Part shown: positions 25,342-36,025 of the stretch, one piece after another | Layout: the number at the start of each line of letters is the position of its first letter | Numbering within the stretch: position 1 is the first letter of the stretch | DNA from: Chiloscyllium plagiosum | Lineage: Eukaryota | Length of the DNA stretch: 41,584 nucleotides | Direction: 5' to 3' | Assembly: GCF_004010195.1 (NCBI RefSeq) | Contig: NC_057719.1 | Span: 47,927,748 to 47,969,331 of the forward strand | The notes under the pieces: model-generated | What the model was told of the DNA's origin: nothing | The model's input: the letters and a program-made list of their open reading frames with translations, nothing else | Database searches by the model: none | Position numbers and translations under genes: made by a program

Positions 25342-26899
25342 TCCTCCGGTGGTCCCCAACATTATGAATGCCATTCTTAAGCCAATTCAATAATATCAAG
25401 CAGTGGTTGGAGACATGGATACTGCAAAAGCTTTGGGCCCTGACAACATTCTGGCAACAGTACTGAAGACTTGAGCTCCAGAACTTGCCACTCCCCAGCC
25501 AAGGTGTTCCAGTACAGTTACAACATTGGCATCTTCCTGACAAAGTGAAAAATGCCCAGGTATGTTCTGTACACAAAGACAGAACAAATCAACCTGGCCA
25601 ATTACCACCCCATCAGTCTACTCTCGTTCATCAGTTAAGTGATTGAAGACCTGCTCAGTGATGCCTAGTTTGGGTTCTACCAGGACCACTCAGCTTCTGA
25701 CCTCATTAAATCCTTGGTTTAAACATGGACAAGTCAGCAGAATTCCCAAAGTGAGGGGAAAGTGACAGCTCTTGACATTCAAGCTGCATTTGACAGTGGG
25801 ACATCAAATGAGCCCTGGAAAAACTGGAATCAATGGGAATCTGGGGGCAAACTCTTCGGTGGTTAGAGTCATACCTGACACATAGGGAGATAATCATGGT
25901 TGATAGAGTTCAGTCATCTCAGTTCTCTGCAAGTGTTCCTCAGTATTATGTTCAAGGCCCAAATATCTTCAGCTGCTTCATCAATGACCTTCCCTCTATC
26001 ATAAAGCCAGAAATGGGGATGCACACTGGTGATTGCACAATGTTCACCACTATTTGTGACTCCTCAGATACTGAAGCAGTCCATGTCCAAATGCAACAAG
26101 ATCTGGACAATATCCAGGCTTGGGTGGAGAGGTGACAAGTAACATTCACACCACACAAATACCAGGCTATTACCATCACGATTCTGACCACTGTCCCTGG
26201 ACATTCGATGGTGTTACCATCACTGAATCTCTGAATATCAACATCCTGAGGAGTGTTTACTATTGACTAGAAACTCAACTGACTCACCATGAACACAATG
26301 GTTACAAGAGCAAGTCAGAGGCTAGAACACTGGTGAGTATCCTGACTCCCTAAAGCCTGTCCACCATCTGTGTGACTTTATAGAAGGTGGAAATCAGGAG
26401 TGTGATGCAATATTCCCCACTTGCCTGGACAGGTGCAACTCAAACAACGTTCAAGAAGCTTGACACCATCCATGTGTAAGCAGCCTGCCTTATTGGCACT
26501 ATATCCATGATCACCTACTCCCTCCACCACTGCGCTCAGTAGCAGCACTGTGTATGATTTACAAGATGCACTGGAAAAATTCATAGATCCTCAGACAGCA
26601 CCTTCCAACCCACTTCCATCTAGAAGGACAAGGGCAGGAAATATATGGGAACACCACCACCTCAAGAATCCTCTCTAAGCCATTCACCATCCTGACTTGG
26701 AAATATACTGCTGTTCCTTCACTGTCGCTGGGTCAAAATCCTGGAATTCCCTGCCTTATGGCACTGTGGGTCAACCCACAGTACATAGACTGCAACAGAT
26801 CAAGAAAGCAGCTTTATACCGTGTTCTCAAGGGTAACTAGGGAATTAAAATGTTGGCCAACCAGTGATGCCCACATCCCACAAATGATTTTAAAAAAAT

Positions 26900-27290
26900 A
26901 AAAATCGCAGAAAGTGTGGCAATTACAAATTCAGCTCCTCCCTCCTCACTGTCCATGGTGCCAAACACACTTTTCAGGTGAAGCAACATTTTACTTGCAC
27001 TTCTTTCAATCTAGCTAAATGTTCTTAATACATTCTCATTTACATGGTCCACACCAAATGCAGACTGGATGAAGACTTTACGGAATACCTTTGCTCGGTC
27101 TATAGGAATGACCCTGGCCTTCCAGTTGCTTGCCATTTTAGTAAACCATTTTGTCCTCATGCTAACATTTCTATCCTAGGGATGCTGCAATATTCCAGCA
27201 AAGCAGAGCCCAAGCTAGAGTAACAATATTATACCTCAATTTTCGCTTAAACCCTTCCAACTTAATATTTAATTCCACAATTCGCGGATG
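26900..27290 (+). mobile_element. Old Penelope-like element, GIY-YIG region
   Basis: Degenerate FQVKQHFTCTSFNL...TKCRL...LPVACHF coding. Confidence 0.6.
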
Positions 27291-27681
27291 ACATTTATCT
27301 TCTCCATTGTACTTCCATACTCCCGACTGCTCTCTATATATACTTACATACACTCATGCCTTGTTTGTGTCTTCTTAATTGTGCCCGCAGATTAGTCCAA
27401 TTTTTTCCTATTCTCACTGACCACCCTTTTTTGATCTATATCTTTTCTTCAGCACCAACCTCTCAGAACTTTGTGGGAAGCTAGGAAAGAGACTGTTGGG
27501 ACCCTTGCTAAGATGTGCGTGTCATCAATAGTCATGGGTGAGGTGCCAGAGACTGGAGAATGGCACACATGGTGCCATTATTTAAGAAAGTTGGTAAGGA
27601 AAAGTCAGGGACCTATGGACTGGTGAACTCGATGTCAGTGGTGGGTAAGTTGTTGGAGGAGATTCTGAGACACAAAATCAA

Positions 27682-27995
27682 GGCAGCATGGTGGCTCAGC
27701 GGTTAGCACTGTTGCCACACAGCACTTCGGTCCCAGGTTCGATTCCAGCCTCGGGTGACAGTCTGTATGGAGTTTGCACATTCTCTCAGTGTCTGCGTGG
27801 TTTTCCTCCGGGTGCTCCGGTTTCCTCCCACAGTTCAAAGATGTGCAGGACAGGCAAATTGGCCACGCTAAATTGCCCATAGCGTTAGGCGTATTAGTTA
27901 GAGTGAAATGGGTGTGGGTGGGTTACTCTTCGGAGGGTCGGTGTGGGGACTGGTTGGGCCGAAGGGCCTGTTTCCACACTGTAGGGAATCTAATC
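27682..27995 (+). mobile_element. HE1-like V-SINE
   Basis: A box tggctcagcgg, B box ggttcgattcc, V-domain and taatc tail. Confidence 0.88.
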
Positions 27996-28620
27996 AAGAA
28001 TTTACATGCATTTTGAAGGCAATGACTACTTAAGGATAGCCAACATGGTTTTGTACGTGGGAAGTCATGTCTCACGAACTTGATTGAGTTTTGTGAAGTA
28101 AAAAATGAAGATTGATGAAGGCAGAGCGGTAGACGTTATCTATATAGACTTCAAGACGTATGACAAGGTTCCACATGGTAAACTGGTTAGCAAGGTTAGA
28201 TCACATGGAATCTGGGGGAGCTAACCAACTGGATAAAAAAAAATTGGCTTGTGTAGGAGACAAAGGGTGGAGGTGGAGGGTTGCTTTTTAGACTGGAGGC
28301 CTGTGACAAGCAGTGTGCTACTGCTTTTCATCATCTATACAAACTGTTTTGATATGAATGTAGGAAGTATGGATTTGCAGGTGACAGTGAAATTGATGTG
28401 TAGTGGACAGTGAAGATGATTATCTTCGTGTACAAGGGTCTTGATCAGATGGACTGTGAAGTGGCAGCTCGAATTTAATTTAGACAAATATGAAGTGTTG
28501 CATTTTGGTAAAGCAAATCAGGGCAGGCCTTATATAATTAATGGGAAGGCCCTGGGGAGTTTTGCCAAACAAAGAGACATAAGGTGCAGTTGTATAGTTC
28601 CTTGAAATTGGAGTTGAGGT

Positions 28621-29238
28621 TGAAGGAAAAGATTTGCTAACCCACAATAGGCCCACAAAAGCAATTTGGCCAAATTGTACCAGGACACCCAGAATTCCCG
28701 AGCAGCTCTCAAACTGGGTCAGACAGCACACAGACAGTGGAATACGTTCTAAGCTCCCATGGACATGACAGAGATCTCAAAATCCTAAGGGCAGTTTCAC
28801 AACCCAGCAATACCAAAGCCGTACAAAGAGCAGCACAGACAGAGAGACAGCACAGGACAATGGAAGCACCTCACCACTTTAGAAGAGGCTTTAACACCTA
28901 CCTGTCAAGATGAATGGAACCATGATACTGTCAGGATGTTGCATTGTGTGAAGGAACAGGACATTCATTCAATAAACTGTTTTCCAATTAGCATCCTTGC
29001 AACTAAATTACTCCATTTCCAGTTTCCCATTTCTTAATCAGTGACATTGTGCAGCATGACTATAAAACTGGTCTCAGCTCTGGGAGAAGAAGTTGGATCT
29101 ATCTGTGCAGACTGTCAGTTCTGTGTCAGCCTCGGTCAGTTTCTCCTCCAGCGATATCAGCTTGCAATAAACTGTTTGTCAATTTCACTTCGAGCTGTGT
29201 TTTGTGATCTCTAACCTATTGGACAAATTTCTCCGACA
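28621..29238 (+). mobile_element. Solo LTR (618 bp)
   Basis: TG...CA ends with imperfect terminal inverted repeats. TATAAAA at 29061 and AATAAA at 29166. GAGGT/CAGGT flanks. Cleanly interrupts the CR1. Confidence 0.8.
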
Positions 29239-30076
29239 CAGGTAGACAGGATGGTGAAGAAAACATTTGGCACACTAGTTTTCATTGATCAGTGCACAGA
29301 GTATAGGACTTGGAATGTCATGTTGCAGCTGCAACATGACATCAGTTAGGTCACTTTTGGAATACTGCATTAAATTCTGGTCTCCCTGCGATAGGAAGGA
29401 TGTTGTGAAATTTGAAAGGGTTCAGAAAAGATTTACAAAGGATGTTACCAGGGTTGGAAGGTTGGTGCAATAGGGATAGGCCGAATAGGCTGTGGCTGTT
29501 TTCAGTGGAGCGGAGGCTGAGCGAGACCTTGTTGAAGTTTATAAGATCATGAGGGGCATGGATAGGGTACATAGACAAGGTCCTGTCCCCAGAACAGGGG
29601 AGTACAAAACTCGAGGGCATAAGTTTAAGGTGAACAGGAGAAAGATTTAAAAGGGACCCAAGGGGCAGCTTTTACATGAAGAGGGTAGTGTGCATCTCAA
29701 ATGCATTGCCAAAGGAAGCAGTGGAAGCTGGTACAATTACAGCATTGAAAAGGCATCCAGATGGGTTCATAAATCTGAAGGGTTTGGAGAGAAGAAGCCT
29801 AAATGGTGGCAAATGGGACTAGATCAACTTAGGACACCTGGTTGGCATGGATGAGTAGGACCAAAAGGGTCTGTTTCCGTGTTGTTAAACTCTATGATTG
29901 TATGACTGTGCCTTCAACTCTGAGCACCCTCATGTTGCATTAACTCCTCCTCCTGTCTGCAGCAAAAACAAAACATTTCAGCTCCTTTAAATTTTGAAGT
30001 CGACATACTGGACTTGAAACATTAACTTTATTGTTCTCTTCATAGATGTCAGACCTGAGTTTCTCAAGTACGTTAA

Positions 30077-30400
30077 GGTGGCATGGTGGCTCAATGGTTA
30101 GCACTGCTGCCTCACAGCAGAGACCCAGGTTTGATTCCACCCTTGGGCTGTGTGGAGTTTGCATATTTCCCCCATCTCAGTGTGGGTTTCCTCCAAGTGC
30201 TCCAGTTTAATCTCACAGTCCAAAGATGTGCACATTAGGTAGTTTGGCCATGCTAAATTGCCCGTAGTATTCAGGAGTGTGCAGGCTAGGTGGGTTAGCC
30301 ATGGGAAATATCAGGTGGGGATGGGTCTGGATAGGATGTTCTTTGGAGGATCAGTGGGGACCAGTTGGGCCAAATGGCCCATTTTCACCATATTGAGATA
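30077..30400 (+). mobile_element. HE1-like V-SINE, older copy
   Basis: tggctcaatggttagcactgctgcctcacag, ggtttgattcc and tgtggagtttgca. Confidence 0.82.
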
Positions 30401-30589
30401 CAGTAAAAAGATTTCTGTTTGTGTGTCAGAAAAAGTATACTGGCAACAGCCTGACAAAATAGTGTTCGAGAAATTCAAGACAAAGAAAAAGTGTTCCAGA
30501 AAACACATGCACTGCAAAACGTTTTCAATATTTGGCATAAAGAGGTATAATCTTTAAAAAAAACATATTTTGGGAATGAAAATACTTAC

Positions 30590-31011
30590 TGTAACTGGGG
30601 ACATATTCCAGAACTTTCTACTGGAGTCATTGGTGTTACAGGAGTCATGGGTGTCATTGGTATTGGACAAATAGATGATGATGATTCTTTGATGATTGGG
30701 GTGGAAACTGTATTATTTATTGAATGGTATGACTCCTCGCTGTTACCTTCAGGTCCAAGTGCACCAATAGCATTATTATCCTGGGTTTCTGACAGCATTT
30801 GGCTCTCCTGCATACTTGGCTCCTTACTTGTATTCTCTTCCACATCATTGTCCTCTTGGTCACTGAGAAAACTAAGATCTGCTGAAGTCAGCTCAGCAGT
30901 AGGTTCTTTGGGTTGAAAAAGTTGAGGAGGGTAACAAGGCTCATCAATTTTTAAATCAGAATCATAGGGAATCATAGAATTGTAGATATGGGAATCACCT
31001 GAGAGATCATC
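30590..31011 (-). CDS. tbpl2: TBPL2 N-terminal-domain exon, 422 nt: DDLSGDSHIYNSMIPYD...SADLSFL...PMTPMTPVTPMTPVESSGICPQL(Q)
   Basis: Acceptor atttttcag| and donor CA|gtaagt. Phase joins the 88-nt exon (CA+A = Gln). It has PMT repeats, the PYD and DLSFL motifs typical of TBPL2, and no polyQ tract. Confidence 0.92.
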
Positions 31012-31842
31012 CTGAAAAATCAAAGCATATTTAAGTCACAATTCACACAATCCAAAAAGATCACAGTACTTCATCCTCTTTATAACACATTGACGGAGAC
31101 CTTTCATGGTGTCCTGACGTGCTACTGATCTCCAATGATCTGGAGATGGAAGACTTGTCCTTGGAATATGAACAAGTGGTCAACAGGCAGTGAAACTTTG
31201 AAAATTTGTCCCTATCCAAGTACAAAGGGATCACCCATGAATTGTCCTGATCACTGCACTTGTTCAGAGTAAGTAGCTGCATAAGACTGATCCAGACTAT
31301 TCCAGGTGTGATCCCCCAGTTTGCAGTGAACTGTAGGTCTCAACTAGTAGGGGTTGGTAGATGTAACAATTTTTCTCAGCACAAAGACAGAAGGATAAAT
31401 TCACAATGGATCAACATTATCTAACTATCGCTGAAGAAATATTAGTAATTTGGCTCTTGAGAATTGCAATTGCCATTACATAGTCTTCTGAGACTCAGCA
31501 AGAAGGTTTACAAATAAATAGATATTTGATTAAAGTACTAGAAGTGAAATTCACAGACCAGGCGAAATTTCGTCACGACCAGTTTCAAAACCAGATGCAG
31601 ATGGTGTTTGAGAGTAAAGTACCTGCCAAGTGTGCCAATTCTTAGCTCAATTTCTGACTATTTTTACTGAGACAGGTTTGGCGTCCGACAGTGATGTGGT
31701 GTCAACCAATAAGGTTCATTAGGAGCAATAGAAGGAGACACTAGAATTTCCCAGTCACCCTCCAATTTCTTGATGTGATGGGGGAGTTTCATTGTCTGCA
31801 GCTGACATTCACCAGAAGGCCACAGTGCCTCCACAAAAGGAG

Positions 31843-32050
31843 TTAAAAAACACAACACCAGGTTATAGTCCAACAGGTTTAATTGGAAGCACACTAGCTT
31901 TCGGAGCGCTACTCCTTCAACCACCTGATGAAGGAGTGGTGCTCTGAAAGCTAGTGTGCTTCCAACTAAGCCTGTTGGACTATAACCTGGTGTTGTGTGA
32001 TTTTTAAACTTTGTGCGCCCCAGTCCAACACCGGCATCTCCAAATCATGC
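31843..32050. mobile_element. Palindromic Penelope-derived mini-element (inverted plus direct pLTR)
   Basis: Arms at ~31841-31919 and ~31929-32010. Same sequence as the termini of the Penelope at 39280-40333. Flanked by ccacaaaaggag / ccacaaaggag. Confidence 0.8.
31922..31956 (+). ncRNA. Minimal type I hammerhead ribozyme motif
   Basis: CAC-CUGAUGA-A-GGAGU(GGU)GCUCU-GAAA-GCUA-GUG: core boxes, stem II, palindromic AGCU stem III and a 3-bp stem I. Confidence 0.6.
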
Positions 32051-33989
32051 CCACAAAGGAGGCCTTTCAGTCACCTGTACTGCCGGTTTTACTGCAGGTG
32101 GAGTTAAAGGTTACCCATGTGAAGTTGTCCTCTTCCACTGCACTTTCCAGTGGTGGCCAAGCTGCTTTTTGAAATTAATTAATTTAAATAAAAAGGATGA
32201 CGAGAGGTCATGTTGAAACACCCTAACAGTTTTACCTGCTGCTCCTCAACATGGGGGGTCTCCGATTAGCCCTCTAGCTTCAGGAGCCTATCATTAAATG
32301 CAAAGTCAACGTGGATGCCAATTAAAAATGAGCAACATCGAAAATTCCAGTTCAGCAACTTATTTTACCCTCCCATTCAGAGATAAAAGTTTCAATTCTT
32401 TTTCCTATCCTCAAAAAGTCCAAAACTTACAGCTCACCACCACCTCCTCAAATTAGGAATGAGAAACAAATGCTGATGCTGCCAGGAACATTCAAACCCG
32501 ACAAAAAAAATCTAAGATACACAGACTGTGAAAGGGTAGAGCTCGGTGAGGATAACAGTAGATACAGGGAATCTACTGTTGAGACAAAGAATTAATGTTT
32601 GTGCTCCAATGCTGGTGGATTGTGGTCTCCAAGTATGCTAGTCTTACATTTATGTTCAGGATTAATCAATCATGAAGAGATGGTTTCAAAAATGTTAGGA
32701 CTGAGGAACTTGTTTCAAAGTAGACATGGTATCTGAAAGCTTAATCGGCATGAAGTTGCCCAATTTTCTAATATTAAATGGTGCAGAGACAAATTCCGAT
32801 CACAGGATTTAGAAATGTTTCCATCAGAACAGCACAATATAATGCCAAGGTTTGAAGGTGTGATTTAGTACATAAAAACAGGCCGTTCTTGATTGTTAAG
32901 GTCAAACATAGACCAGAGATAAGACTAGTGTGTGCAAGAGACTTAGAACTGAAAACTGGGAGTAACTTCATTATCGAAATAGTTACATGACTATAAAATT
33001 TATTTATTTTCGGGGATTTTGGTTGAAAACAGAAACAATGTCAATGTCAACATTCAAGATTAGATCAAAGACCTGGATGAATAATGAGTGGAAGGGATGT
33101 CTGAGCAGTAATTAAACAGGATTTAAATGGGTTTTCTTATGATGGCAGATAAACACTTAAGTAGCCTGTTTCAATACTGAAAATTCTCACTGATTCATTG
33201 GACAGAAAAGGCCTTCCCTTCAAGTTTTTCATAGCCGAGAATATGTTTGCAAATACATTGAGTATGAGAACAGCAACACGTGTTAGTTGTTACCAATCAC
33301 TCATGAGTTTCAGAGTACTATTAACATCTAGTATCTCAAGTGATTGGATAGGAAGCCTTCACCCATTCTAGTACTGGACAGCGTTTATGTTTTTCAAAGA
33401 AAAATCTTTAATGATTCTCACAGACTGAAAAGTATTGAAACAGCTTAGCACACGGTACCAATGGCATACTAGATATCTTTATGCTTACTTAGGCCTGCTA
33501 GATTTTTTTCTTGTGATAGGACCAATCTAATTGCAAAGATTTGAAAGTATTAGTAAAGAGTTTTCCAAAATAAGAACATCCTTCCACACTGAAAAGTTTC
33601 ATAAATGGTATAGATAGAGCCCAGTACACATTAAATTGAATACATTTTTCTTTTAAAAATGAATCAGTCTTAACAAAAAAAAGTGACTTAGGTATTCCAA
33701 TCGCATTCCAATTGCCACTCTGCATCAATTTCTTTTCCCCATTAGTACTGCATTCTGTACTTCTTGCTGGGAATTCTGATCATGAGGATCTAAAATCTGG
33801 ATTTTGGCTGTTGTCAGGAGCAACCACTTAATGCATGCTTTTACTAAGTACAAAATTGTATTACCCCAAATCACAAAATCAAAATTAACTGGCAGGATCG
33901 CTTGGTTTTAATTCCTTTACACATTGTCAGTGACCTGTCTCGTTGCCTCATGGTTAATTTGAAGCAAGGCTGCATTAATTCATTGTTAA

Positions 33990-34860
33990 TTAAGATTGGA
34001 AAGATACATTACTACCAGTTGAAGGAATTCTGCATGTGACTGGGGGACAGAGGTATGTATAGCAGATGGAACTCCCAAAAGCTGAGAAGTGATTGTGAAT
34101 GGATATATGAAAAATAAAAAGGGACATGAGAAAAAGTGGAAGGCCACTAAGGTTGAGAAATATACAAACAGGGTTAAAGCAAAAATACTGTAAAATAAAG
34201 AACTTGGATTCTGAGTAGAATCCCAAGATTATGTCTGGCATACCAATCCTTTTTTTTGAGGATAGGTATTTTATTCCTGAATACCCACTGAGCCCCGAAC
34301 ATCTCCTGTTTGTCCCCAGCACATCACCCACCTGTTACAAACCTCTCCTTTTGAAAATGAAGCATCCAATCTTCATAGCCAATGTCATGGGGATGAGTGG
34401 CCTGCGCTATCCTAAACCGGGGCCCGTCCCGGGAAATAAAGTAATGTTAACAGAGCATGCCCCTGACCACAAAAACAAACCGCCCCAATTTGCTCAATAT
34501 GTCCAAGGGTAAATGCAGTGAAATTTTGGGAGTAGCCTGAATAGGAATGGCTTGTGTTACAAGACTGAAAGATGTGCCTGTCTGTCTGACGGAAGTGATA
34601 TACAATTGAACAATAATCAAGAAGCTCAATTACCTTCGTTTAACCCTATACTTTTGCAACATTTTCCACCTGGAGTCACTGACATGATCCGGACCAACAG
34701 TATGAATTAGTCCAGAAATTTCCAGTCACATATATGGTGAGCGGTAGTTTTCTATTGGGATGGCCAGAACGAGACTGAACAACGATGCAAGTTACAAATA
34801 AAACAGATTACATCTTGTGCCCTCGCGATCCCAAATGAAAGGGTTGATTGGAACCAGGAT
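33990..34860 (+). pseudogene. Probable ERV gag remnant
   Basis: Lies between the 5' LTR stub and pol. LPVEGIL matrix-like motif, a Pro-rich stretch and VDWN. Heavily disrupted. Confidence 0.45.
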
Positions 34861-35099
34861 ACCCACTGGGGGCAGAACTTACCTCAGGTGTCCACCCGTT
34901 GACCACTGCTGGGCAAACTTTTCCCGAGGGGACCCTGAAAATGGGGATAGGCAGGCTCCAGCATGACACCTTTGAGACTGGGAACAAGACAGCAAATGGC
35001 TGGCCCTTGCTTTAACTCTTGAAATGTGGCCACTGGGGAGTGGTATGTCTTTACTGTTATCTTGGAGCTAACGTGGGGAATCGACATGCTTTCGTCTTA

Positions 35100-35332
35100 G
35101 CAAAAGGAAAATCTGCAAATCTACGCTGACTTTTCATTGCACTTTTGGTACGATCCACGATTTTGGAGCCTTGTGGGAACATTGAAGATTTTTAACCCCA
35201 AGGAGCAGCATTATATTAATGCTGTTTCATCCAAATCAATCTGCAATTATCAAGATGCTCGGCTTATACCAAGGAAACTGATACTGTTTCCAAGGTTGCG
35301 AGCAAGTGGATGCAGCTGCCAAGCAGACAGCC
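35100..35332 (+). pseudogene. ERV pol RNase H remnant (gamma/epsilon-like)
   Basis: With frameshifts it reads AKGKSAN.YAD...FGTIHDFGALWEH*RFLT...AIIK.SAYTKETDTVSK...VDAAAKQTA. Confidence 0.85.
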
Positions 35333-35636
35333 TTACACCCCAAACTTCCAATCCCATCGAGTCCCCAGCAAATCCCAGTTAGATACAGTATCAGAATGGG
35401 TATGCTAGATCTGGGTAAGCTACAAAAATCACAGGGGAAGCCCTTGCTGAAGGGCACAAACTATGGCCTCAAATAGGGTACTCCCTCGATACTCAAACCA
35501 GAATGTGGGTGATCCCTTCTGGGCAAGTTTGTGTTTCTTCTTTGCTGCTGCCTATTTTAATTGATTATGTGTATTTTGTAGACACTTGGGCAAGGAGGAA
35601 ATGGTTTATACTAAATTACAATGGACACTCAGTGGC

Positions 35637-35750
35637 CTCCAACCTCGTTGGGAAGGACCCTTCCAGGTCCTCTTCACCATCCCAACTGCTGCTAAGGTCG
35701 CCGAACATTCTGCTTGGGTTCACCTCCATCATTGCAAGTTCATCAGATGA
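35637..35750 (+). pseudogene. ERV integrase C-terminus (GPY/F module)
   Basis: LQPRWEGPFQVLFTIPTAAKVAEHSAWVHLHHCKFIR*. The catalytic core is deleted upstream. Confidence 0.9.
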
Positions 35751-36025
35751 GCCCCTTGTTGGGGGAGGGGGAATGATGATGGATGATGATGATGATGGAA
35801 CTTGACCTGCTGTGTGGACTTGCCATTGGTGCATAAAAAGGGACAGTTTACCTCTGCAATCCTGAGCAACCAGAGACTGCGTACCAACTATGCAGAGAAA
35901 AAAATAAAAATCACTGCGTGCCAAGAGACTGAATGTTACCAACAATGACTGTTGCAGTAGTCAACTGCATCAAAAAGATTGAACAGTTCATTTACAGAAC
36001 AAGTCTAAATGGTCTTTACCCTGTC

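Larger units (their letters stand above)
21440..26898 (+). mobile_element. Decayed APE+RT LINE of a second (CR1/L2-group) family, hosting nested insertions
   Basis: APE start LLTNIWGLVPKLGEL...QQPD, PTRGKSILDL and SDH. RT motifs KALGPDNI, NYHPISLLS and GPNIFSCFINDL. A-rich tail at ~26890. Confidence 0.8.
27460..29907 (+). mobile_element. 5'-truncated CR1 LINE interrupted by a SINE and a solo LTR
   Basis: Collinear with 14845-16198. LEYCIKFWSP...ERVQKRFT, and a ctctatgattgtatgact tail. Confidence 0.88.

Noticed and set aside
30590..31011. Calling the gene tbp or tbpl1
   Set aside because: No polyQ tract, plus PYD/DLSFL motifs and NLACK, point to TBPL2. The core is too TBP-like for TBPL1. Synteny or a tree would settle it.
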